Assembly (NCBI GenBank): GCA_964422635.1
Contig: CAYRBY010000009.1
Span: 1-43,908 of the forward strand
Length of the DNA: 43,908 bases
DNA from: an uncultured bacterium
GTDB taxonomy: Bacteria > Omnitrophota > Omnitrophia > Omnitrophales > Aquincolibacteriaceae
Direction of reading: 5' to 3'
Shown: piece by piece, positions 36,710 to 43,667 of the stretch
Numbering within the stretch: position 1 is the stretch's first letter
Layout: each line of letters starts with the position of its first letter
The notes under the pieces: model-generated
Told to the model about the DNA's origin: nothing
The model's database searches: none
What the model saw: only the letters and a program-made list of their open reading frames with translations
Position numbers and translations under genes: made by a program

Positions 36710-38363
36710 GTAAATCCTGCCCCTCAAAAGATATTAATTTGGGAAGGTCATAAAGAGCCAGCAAACTATTTAAATCGCGCAGCCCCCAAAGCTGAATCTG
36801 CGATGACTGCGCCATCAGTTTGGCGTTTTGGTCAATTCCGCCAAGCGTGACGATGATTTTCTGCTGAACTTTCTTCCGGGACCGTTTCAAGTCCTCCATA
36901 AATCCCAGAACGTCCTCTTCCTGCACTTCCTCTTCCGCGATGAGACAAACCCAGCGTTCACGCTGGCTCTTGGCTACAAGCGAGCAAAAACGCCCTTGGG
37001 CGGGACGAAATGCAATTTCCAGAAAATGAGGACACCGGAACTTCCGAGCCTCCATTTCAACGGCATCATTACGAAACTCCTTGAATAACCGTTCTATGCG
37101 GTAAGGTATCTCTTTTTTCTCATCATGGCACAGAGCTTCCATTTTTTCACGGATGGCATCAAGCAGCGCATCCGCGACGCTTTTTGGATCAGGAAGACAA
37201 AGCAGCTGTTTTTTCTGAAAAACCTCTCTAAGCCAAAAACGGAAAAGAGGATCTTCCATGACGTAAAAGCTGCCGCGCTTGGTAATTCTGTCTTCATGAA
37301 TTAGGCGCTGAAGAATCTTTTGCGCCTCCGAAGACTTCAAATTAATAGAGGCCGCAATTTCACTGAGGCGGTGGCGGCCTTCACTCACAGCCAAAAGAGT
37401 TCGAAGGTAGGGGCCTTGGTCCTTCTGCGCACGAAGTACAGGTTCAAGCATACGCTCAAAAAGAAGCGCTATTCTCCCCTTTCTGTCGATTAACTCTTCC
37501 TGAATAGCTAGAAAGAGCAGCCTGTCTGAAACCCACTGTTCCGTCTGATCCGAAAGATAAAACTTCAACCGATCCATTAAAAGATCAAGGTAAAGCGGAT
37601 CCCCGTTGGTAAGAGTAATCAGAAGTTTTTTTTGCTGTTCCGTAAAATGGGTTTTGGGGAAATGGCGCGCAACAAAATCCACAGTTTCTTTAAACTCAAA
37701 CGGCCGCAGTTCCATCACTTCAAAATTACCAAAAAGAAGCGAAAGCTTTTCCCTGAAAATTTCCTTCGCCCTTTCCGGGTGAGAGCTGGACACCAAATAC
37801 AAAGTATCTTTCTGCACCATGATTTCGCGCCCGAGCAAGGCAAATGGGTCAGCGTCAGGAAGAGTTTCGAGCTGTTGAAATTCATCCAGCATAAGAATCA
37901 TTTTCTTTCCGCACTCCTGCGTCAGCATTCCGCTGAGGTTAAAAAGCTCCCTCAAAAGCGCAGAAGAGGACTCTTTGCGAAGCAATCTACGGACATGCAG
38001 GATACTTTGAAGTGTTTTGGGAATACGCGACTCGGAAGCCGCTGAAAGATCCGCAAAATCGCATCCTGCAGCAGAAACACCTTCGCTTAACAGATAGCCG
38101 GTTAAGATGGCACCCGTCCAGCGCTCCACAAGCCGTTCAAAATCAAAGCTATCCGCTTGAACATAAACGCATACAAGGCCTGGATGGGTTGAAAAATCAC
38201 GGTAGGTGGTCGCCAGAAAATCGGTTTTTCCCAGACCGGATGATCCGATGATACCGACATTCTGCCTGTACCCTTTTAACAGAGCTTCAACACGCTTCCG
38301 TAAAACATTACCGATTTGATCGCGGGCAAATGTAGGCAAAAGAAAATCCCTGCTTTGGGCCAT
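36663..38363 (-). CDS. P-loop ATPase of the ORC/Cdc6-like 'archaeal ATPase' type with winged-helix and C-terminal DUF234/nuclease-like region
   Basis: 566 aa. Walker A is IIGSSGLGKTDF and Walker B is KMILMLDEFQQLE. A wHTH-like segment (LSEIAASINLKSSEAQKILQRLIHEDRITKRGSFYVMEDPLFRFWL) follows. The C-terminal ~150 aa (FLEIAF...WVCLIAEEEVQEEDVLGFMEDLK...KIIVTLGGIDQNA) are collinear with restriction-endonuclease-like tails of such ATPases. Confidence 0.8.
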   Translation of the reverse strand: MAQSRDFLLPTFARDQIGNVLRKRVEALLKGYRQNVGIIGSSGLGKTDFLATTYRDFSTHPGLVCVYVQADSFDFERLVERWTGAILTGYLLSEGVSAAGCDFADLSAASESRIPKTLQSILHVRRLLRKESSSALLRELFNLSGMLTQECGKKMILMLDEFQQLETLPDADPFALLGREIMVQKDTLYLVSSSHPERAKEIFREKLSLLFGNFEVMELRPFEFKETVDFVARHFPKTHFTEQQKKLLITLTNGDPLYLDLLMDRLKFYLSDQTEQWVSDRLLFLAIQEELIDRKGRIALLFERMLEPVLRAQKDQGPYLRTLLAVSEGRHRLSEIAASINLKSSEAQKILQRLIHEDRITKRGSFYVMEDPLFRFWLREVFQKKQLLCLPDPKSVADALLDAIREKMEALCHDEKKEIPYRIERLFKEFRNDAVEMEARKFRCPHFLEIAFRPAQGRFCSLVAKSQRERWVCLIAEEEVQEEDVLGFMEDLKRSRKKVQQKIIVTLGGIDQNAKLMAQSSQIQLWGLRDLNSLLALYDLPKLISFEGQDLHGSNLGTLAEGVYSG

Positions 38364-38612
38364 TCAAAAAAACAGCCGGGGGTTGAAAGCATTAGTCTGC
38401 TCTCGGAAGGAAAAACCGCCGCAACGAAACAATATATACAAGCTTAAGAAGGCTGATAAAATAATTGGCGGAGTTTTTTCAACCGAGAAAGAAAAAACGT
38501 GGGGATATCTTACAAAGATGACAAACGAAAGCAAGCGCAAAGGAGACATTCCTTTCCGTTTTTTTCGAAAGTGCTGTTCCTTGTGTTAAGCTTGAGTCAA
38601 CCCCCAACATCT

Positions 38613-39320
38613 ATGGATACATATTTGAAAAAATTTTCACATTTTCTTTTAGCTGCAGTATTTTTTTTTGAAATCCCGAATCTCTCCGCATCTGAATCCG
38701 TCATTTTTAATATTCTTAAGGCATCAAAAGCTGTTGTTAAAATTTATGCCCGTGCAGAGGGCCTCACAAAATCTCCAGAGGGTGCAAAGATTTTTAAAAT
38801 GGAGAGAGAGGGTGCCGGGGTCATCCTTGATGCTTCCGGGATTATTGTGACCAATGCCCACACTGTTCAAGGAGCCCAGATCATTGCGGTCAAAACACAG
38901 GACGGGAATGACTATGGAGCAAAAGTTTTGGGACTTGCTGAAGATGATGACCTTGTTTTTCTCAAAATTGAACCCGCCTCTCCGCTCAATGTTGTTTCTA
39001 TTGAGGATTCTGGCGAAGCGAAGCTTGGGGGAGTCGTTTATTCATTCGGAAATTCAGCTTTTTTGAATCAAACAATCAGCGAGGGCTCAATTACGGGGAT
39101 CGGTCAAAAACCGAATAGCGCAGGAAGCGGACCCGAAAACGCTGTTCTAAGAATTAATTTCAAGGTTTATCCGGGGGACAGCGGTACACCCGTTTTCAGT
39201 CCTAGCGGCAAATTAATGGGCCTAACAGTCGGCGGCCTTAACTCCGGAAATCAAGAAACATTTGCCGTCACCGCGGAAAGAATAAAGAGAAACTATCTTA
39301 AGCTAGCCGCCCAGCAATAG
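38613..39320 (+). CDS. secreted trypsin-like (S1/S1C-type) serine protease, no PDZ domain
   Basis: ORF 38499..39320 (GTG). ATG 38613 gives the signal peptide MDTYLKKFSHFLLAAVFFFEIPNLSA/SES. The triad contexts are VTNAHTV (His), DDDLVFLKI (Asp) and GDSGTPVF (Ser). Confidence 0.8.
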   Translation: MDTYLKKFSHFLLAAVFFFEIPNLSASESVIFNILKASKAVVKIYARAEGLTKSPEGAKIFKMEREGAGVILDASGIIVTNAHTVQGAQIIAVKTQDGNDYGAKVLGLAEDDDLVFLKIEPASPLNVVSIEDSGEAKLGGVVYSFGNSAFLNQTISEGSITGIGQKPNSAGSGPENAVLRINFKVYPGDSGTPVFSPSGKLMGLTVGGLNSGNQETFAVTAERIKRNYLKLAAQQ

Positions 39321-39336
39321 AGCTGAGCCGCACCGA

Positions 39337-39981
39337 TTAGTTTTTGGCCGGAGCGGGCTGCGAAGCTTCCGCGTCTGGCGTGGGAATAGCTTCAGGCTGC
39401 GGAGCTGGTTTCAACTCCACGACTTTAAACTCTTGCGGCACATTAAAAACAGAGTCATCAATAGGCGTAGTGGTGTCAACTTTTGTCAGTTCTACAGAAA
39501 GCAAGCCTTCGTTCGCCTGCACTTCAATTTTTAAAGGGAGATTTTTCTCTTTCCAAACCCAGGCCCGTGCATTTTTTTGCGTCATCGGATCGATAAACTC
39601 GTAAATGTCCGTGTCTTGGTCCTGTACTTTCTCCGCTCCGATAACCTTCGCTTGGTTCTGTTTGAGGAACTCCTGGTAATTATCGAGGTCGTCAAGCAAG
39701 TTTGCTTTTTGCCCGAGGTCTGGCAGCTTCAAGGCAACTTTTTGTTCAGGAATAACGCGATAAGTGCCTTGCGCGTTTTTCAAAACGAGTTCCGGCTGTT
39801 GGTCATTTAAAAATTCGGTTTTGACAAAATCGCCTTTTGCTGTGACCTTGAATTTCGCGACCTGCTTCTCTGCCATTGAAATGGTTTCTTCATAGCTCCC
39901 GTTAAAGGCCATGGCCGAGCCGGCACTCAGCACAACACTCATTGTCAGCACTAATGCGAAGTAAACTCCCTGAAAGCGCAT
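39337..39981 (-). CDS. hypothetical secreted protein, LolA-like/outer-membrane lipoprotein-sorting fold suspected
   Basis: 214 aa with GGGGAG upstream. It has the signal peptide MRFQGVYFALVLTMSVVLSAGSAMA/FN and a beta-rich body ending ...DDSVFNVPQEFKVVE, as in LolA-like domains. The tail is Pro-rich. The fold call is tentative. Confidence 0.55.
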   Translation of the reverse strand: MRFQGVYFALVLTMSVVLSAGSAMAFNGSYEETISMAEKQVAKFKVTAKGDFVKTEFLNDQQPELVLKNAQGTYRVIPEQKVALKLPDLGQKANLLDDLDNYQEFLKQNQAKVIGAEKVQDQDTDIYEFIDPMTQKNARAWVWKEKNLPLKIEVQANEGLLSVELTKVDTTTPIDDSVFNVPQEFKVVELKPAPQPEAIPTPDAEASQPAPAKN

Positions 39982-40002
39982 GTGAATCTCCCCTCGGCCT
40001 TT

Positions 40003-40344
40003 TTATTGGCCCTGTTGTAACTGCTGAATTTGTTGCACGCAGCTTTGCATGGCCTTGCGCGCGTTGTCGACATCTTGCTGAGTTGCATATTTCGGCATCA
40101 ATGCTTGATAGATACCTGCGGATTGCTCAAACATCTGCCCGGCTTCTACTAGAATCGCAATCGCGGCATTGCGCCCGGCAGGATTAGGGCTCTGCTGCAG
40201 AACTGCCCGGGCTCTTTCCATGAGCTGACTTGCTGTGACGACCTGATTGTTCGCTTGGCTTTTGAGGGCATTGGGATCTTGTGCCCAAGCAGTTGCTGTA
40301 ATTGCTAAGGTAAAAAGAAGGGTTAGTAAGCCGTTTTTTTTCAT
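40003..40344 (-). CDS. small secreted all-helical hypothetical protein
   Basis: ORF 40003..40368 (TTG). ATG 40344 is preceded by AGGAAAGGA. The signal peptide is MKKNGLLTLLFTLAITATAWA/QD. The mature part is Gln/Ala-rich and helical. Confidence 0.5.
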   Translation of the reverse strand: MKKNGLLTLLFTLAITATAWAQDPNALKSQANNQVVTASQLMERARAVLQQSPNPAGRNAAIAILVEAGQMFEQSAGIYQALMPKYATQQDVDNARKAMQSCVQQIQQLQQGQ

Positions 40345-40389
40345 GCCTAAATCCTTTCCTTGAAACAAGGATTCAATTAATGGATTTCG

Positions 40390-40425
40390 ATTATAGCATA
40401 TTTGACGGGATATGCCGCGGGATAT
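40390..40425 (-). promoter_or_regulatory. extended -10 promoter with overlapping palindromic operator
   Basis: The minus strand reads TGcTATAAT (40398..40390). The imperfect palindrome ATATgCCGCGGgATAT (40410..40425, 7 of 8 half-site positions pair) is centred near -35. It lies upstream of the secreted-protein/LolA-like gene pair. Confidence 0.45.
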
Positions 40426-40573
40426 TCACGGCTCTTTTAAATCGGCAGGAATGCTTGAAAAGTGAACAAAAAAGAGAAGGTCCCGGTTCTGTTCGGGTCT
40501 AAAGATCCCCCAATCTTTTCGACCTAAACTTCCCCAGGACCTGATAAAACTCGGGTTACAGTGTGACTAAAGT

Positions 40574-41068
40574 TTATTTCCCGGCAACGGCAGCTTCAAT
40601 GGAAAGCCCCGCTTCCCTGCGTATAATTTCCAAAGCCTCATCACCGCTCTGAACTTGGCGAAGCAGCTGGCGTATAAAACGGTCTGAAAAGAACGCCAAA
40701 GCCCCATGCAAAAGAGACTTTTTCAGATTGCGGCCTTCTGCACTATCCGGTAAAAGAACGAGAAAAAAGATATAAACGAGATCTCCATCGAGGGATCCGA
40801 AATCCACTCCTTCACTGCTAACCCCCAAAATAACAAGCGGCTCAAGAAGATCTTTGCAAAATGCGTGCGGTAATGCCGTTTGATCGCCTACAGCCGTTGT
40901 TCCAAGCAGCTCACGCCCCATCAAAAGCTTAACGAACTGATCTTTCTCCTTCTGAGAAAAATGCTTCAACCCATCCACGGTCAACAGATCATGAAAAATA
41001 TCTTCCTTGTTTTTGGAAGGCTTCAGGGCAAGCTTAATGTGATTTTCACGCAGCAAAAGTTGGAACAT
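40574..41068 (-). CDS. PTS EIIA type-2 (PtsN/EIIA-Ntr-like) domain protein
   Basis: ORF 40574..41098. ATG 41068 is preceded by GAGGAG. The layout is PTS_EIIA_2-like: RELLGTTAVGDQTALPHAF (putative phospho-His), VILGVSSEGVDFGSLDGDLVYIFFLVLLP. Confidence 0.75.
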   Translation of the reverse strand: MFQLLLRENHIKLALKPSKNKEDIFHDLLTVDGLKHFSQKEKDQFVKLLMGRELLGTTAVGDQTALPHAFCKDLLEPLVILGVSSEGVDFGSLDGDLVYIFFLVLLPDSAEGRNLKKSLLHGALAFFSDRFIRQLLRQVQSGDEALEIIRREAGLSIEAAVAGK

Positions 41069-41396
41069 GATTTCTCCTCTCATGATTACGGCGAACACGT
41101 TCCTGGCTCACCATCTGCCGCTTCCAGCGGCGCCGGGCAAAGCGAAGTTCAAGTTTGTGCTGACGAAGCGTTTCACGAAGATCAAAGGGGTCTCCGTGGT
41201 GTTCGTCTCCTGCCTCCTGCTGCATATACGTCAAGGAAACTCGTACGAGGTCAAGCTGGCGGAGTTTTTTTTGGATGAAAATTTTAAGTTCGGCTGTTTC
41301 TTCTGTATAGAGATCACGAACCTCTTCTAAGAGATCGCGGTACTCCTGGTCTATGCGGTCAAGTAAGGGCTGAAACAATTGATTTGTAATCTGCAT
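41046..41396 (-). CDS. hypothetical coiled-coil protein with basic C-terminus
   Basis: ORF 41046..41435. ATG 41396 is the only start with an SD (GGAG, 6-nt spacer). The product is MQITNQLFQPLLDRIDQEYRDLLEEVRDLY...RRRWKRQMVSQERVRRNHERRNH. It overlaps the EIIA start by 23 nt. I recognise no family. Confidence 0.45.
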   Translation of the reverse strand: MQITNQLFQPLLDRIDQEYRDLLEEVRDLYTEETAELKIFIQKKLRQLDLVRVSLTYMQQEAGDEHHGDPFDLRETLRQHKLELRFARRRWKRQMVSQERVRRNHERRNHVPTFAA

Positions 41397-41451
41397 TTTG
41401 AGCTCCATAACGTGAACGGCACTTAGCGAACGCATGGATAATACAAAATAA

Positions 41452-41484
41452 AAGATTAAAATAAGATTAAAATAAGATTAAAAA
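41452..41484. repeat. three tandem 11-bp AT-rich direct repeats (AAGATTAAAAT x3, last base of copy 3 = A)
   Basis: Read directly. The copies are at 41452-41462, 41463-41473 and 41474-41484, with a partial related copy just upstream (ACAAAAT). They lie between the histidine-kinase stop (41503) and the coiled-coil/EIIA genes. Confidence 0.9.
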
Positions 41485-41502
41485 ATTTTAATACAGCGAT
41501 GG

Positions 41503-42996
41503 CTAGGCAGTCTTTTTAAAGCGGGGAAAAACAATGGTGACCGTTGTTCCTGCATTGGGATAGCTTTTGATCGTAAGCCCCCCCCTGTGGGCATCGGATA
41601 TGGCTTTGGCAATGTTAAGCCCTAGCCCTGAGCCCTCGTGGGCTCGAGCTCGATCAGAACGATAAAACCGGGAGAAAACCTTCTCTTGGATATCCGCTTC
41701 TATTCCCATGCCGTTATCAGAAACTTCGATAGCCGCATGCGTCTCGCTGCCTGAAAGGGAGAGCCTGACCCATCCGCCCGATGGAGTAAACTTAATCCCA
41801 TTATCTACAAGATTGCTTACAAGTCGTTTCAGATAAAGCTCGTCCCCTTCAATCTCAAAATCCTGCAGGGCCTCCAAGCTAAGTTCAATCCCCTTGCCTT
41901 TAGCCCGGTCTTGGAGACGCTGAACAACATTTTGAAGAATTTCTTTAAGACTGACCTTTTTCTTCTCAAATCGAAGCTGGTGGGAATCACTTCGGACCAA
42001 CAGCATCAAATCGTCAACAAGACGGATCAAACCGTTGATCTCCTCTTCAATAACGCGCAAGGTCTGAACCAAATCCTCCGCCGAGCGGGATTTCCTAAGT
42101 GCTAAATCAATTTCTCCGCGGACGATGGCAAGCGGAGTTTTCAACTCATGTGAAACGTCAACACTGAATTCACGAACAGCCTGAGTGGAAGAAGCAATAC
42201 GATCCATCATTTCATTCAACGTTGCCGCCAAACGATCCAGCTCATCCCCCGTCTGAGTTCTGGGAAGCCGCCCCTGAAGATAGGCTGCCGTGATTTGAGT
42301 CGCCTCACGAATCATAGAATCAATCGGTCTCAATGATCTACGGGACAAAAACCAGCCTGCCGCACCAGCGACAACAACGGCAACTGGAATCCACAGGAGA
42401 ATAATAAACAGCAGCCGCGACAGGGTGCTCTCAACATCCTGAAGCGGGAATCCGACCTGGACCACATACAAAGGATGTCCCTCATGCCTAATCATTTGGT
42501 AATAGAGTCTTACTGGGTTTTTTCGGAAATGAATGGTTTGAAACGAAGCCCCTGTTTCCATGAAAGCGGAATCGCGTTCAAAGTCAGGGAAAATAATTTC
42601 TTTCTCCCAGCCTTTAAGGTTCGAAATGATCACGGAGTGGTCAAAAGCCAGTATCCGGATCATCAAAGTTGCCCGGCGGAGGTATTGAGCGTTATGCTCC
42701 CATTCTTTGAGCGACTCCTTCAGAACACCGCTTAATTCAGGAGAAAAAGTTTTTCCTGCACCAGGCACAAAAGAAGTCTCATCACCGGAAACACCTCGCA
42801 AAGCTTGGGCGAGAAATCCTATAAGAGATTTATCAATTGCCGCTGCCTGCTGATAAATACTGCGATCAGCATCGCGATACAATGCCTTTGCAAGTTCGGC
42901 ATGCATAAGGAATGAAAAAAAGGAAAGGAAAATAGTCAGAACGACTGCGTACCAAAGCGTAAGACGGAATTTGACGCTGTGAAAGAAAGCAATCAT
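41503..42996 (-). CDS. sensor histidine kinase, heavy-metal-sensor (CusS/CzcS-like) type
   Basis: 497 aa. The N-terminus VKFRLTLWYAVVLTIFL is typical of metal-sensor kinases. It has two TM helices, HAMP, an H-box (VSHELKTPLA), an N-box (NLVDNGIKF) and a G-box (GSGLGLNI). ATGA overlap with the regulator gene. Confidence 0.9.
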   Translation of the reverse strand: MIAFFHSVKFRLTLWYAVVLTIFLSFFSFLMHAELAKALYRDADRSIYQQAAAIDKSLIGFLAQALRGVSGDETSFVPGAGKTFSPELSGVLKESLKEWEHNAQYLRRATLMIRILAFDHSVIISNLKGWEKEIIFPDFERDSAFMETGASFQTIHFRKNPVRLYYQMIRHEGHPLYVVQVGFPLQDVESTLSRLLFIILLWIPVAVVVAGAAGWFLSRRSLRPIDSMIREATQITAAYLQGRLPRTQTGDELDRLAATLNEMMDRIASSTQAVREFSVDVSHELKTPLAIVRGEIDLALRKSRSAEDLVQTLRVIEEEINGLIRLVDDLMLLVRSDSHQLRFEKKKVSLKEILQNVVQRLQDRAKGKGIELSLEALQDFEIEGDELYLKRLVSNLVDNGIKFTPSGGWVRLSLSGSETHAAIEVSDNGMGIEADIQEKVFSRFYRSDRARAHEGSGLGLNIAKAISDAHRGGLTIKSYPNAGTTVTIVFPRFKKTA

Positions 42997-43667
42997 GCTT
43001 CGCTCAACCTGTAGCCGGAGCCGCGAAGTGTTTCAATACGGCTCTTTTTGCGGTTGATGTCGATTTTTTTGCGGAGAAAGTTGATGTAGACATCGATCGT
43101 GTTGCTCATAGGATCAAAATGCAGGTCCCAAACATGCTCTGCAATCTGAGAACGTGTCACAACCTGCCCCTTGCGCCTCATAAGAAACTCCAACAAAGCA
43201 TATTCTTTTTGGGAAAGAATAACCTGATCCTGCCCGATCGTAACCCGATGAGTTACAAGATCCAGCGTCATCGTACCGGCCCGAAGAACCGTCTCTGTCT
43301 GAAGCTCACGGGGCCGACGCGACAAGGCTCGGAGACGCGCAAGAAGTTCATCAAAAGCAAATGGTTTTGTCAGGTAATCATCCGCACCCTGGTCCAAACC
43401 TTTAATTTTGTCCTCCACAGTATCGCGCACTGTGAGCATTAAAATGGGTACCCTCGATCCGGATTCGCGAATTTTGGCGCAAAGGGAGAGCCCATCCATC
43501 TTGGGAAGCATCCAATCTAAGATCAGAACATCGTACTCATTTACAGAAGCATATTCCCATCCCTTTTCGCCATCCTCAGCCACGTCTACGGCATAACCTT
43601 CTTCCTTGAGGCCTCGCTGAATAAAGGCAGCCATCCGCTTTTCGTCTTCCACAATCAGAACACGCAT
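42993..43667 (-). CDS. OmpR/PhoB-family response regulator (CusR/CzcR-like)
   Basis: 224 aa. The receiver reads MRVLIVEDE...VLILDWMLPKMDG...LTKPF. The winged-helix output domain reads ...IETLRGSGYRL. TAATG overlap with the upstream CDF gene. Confidence 0.95.
   Translation of the reverse strand: MRVLIVEDEKRMAAFIQRGLKEEGYAVDVAEDGEKGWEYASVNEYDVLILDWMLPKMDGLSLCAKIRESGSRVPILMLTVRDTVEDKIKGLDQGADDYLTKPFAFDELLARLRALSRRPRELQTETVLRAGTMTLDLVTHRVTIGQDQVILSQKEYALLEFLMRRKGQVVTRSQIAEHVWDLHFDPMSNTIDVYINFLRKKIDINRKKSRIETLRGSGYRLSEA

Noticed and set aside
36341-36850. 169-aa plus-strand ORF antisense to the HIT gene and the ATPase 3' end.
   Set aside because: It is a shadow ORF. The HIT triad and ATPase frames on the minus strand are clearly the coding ones.
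38395-38430. CGGAAGGAA string reminiscent of the SRP (4.5S) RNA domain IV.
   Set aside because: The flanks cannot form the required helix around a GGAA tetraloop. The left arm CTC and right arm GGA do not pair, and no symmetric or asymmetric loop context is present.
39065-39073. A third occurrence of GAATCAAAC, part of the bracketing motif, inside the protease gene.
   Set aside because: Only the 9-mer matches. The ACTATCGGCAAA half and the spacing are absent, and the site is intragenic on the opposite strand. It is a chance match.
40467-40500. Possible terminator after the EIIA-like gene (minus strand CCCG-AACAGAAC-CGGG, then ACCTTCTCTTTTTTG).
   Set aside because: The stem is only 4 bp and the T-tract is displaced by 7 nt. 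This is too weak to call.
41452-41484. Tandem repeats considered as a CRISPR or minisatellite array.
   Set aside because: The unit is 11 bp with no spacers and only three copies. It is not CRISPR-like. I treat it as a regulatory or curved-DNA element (see findings).
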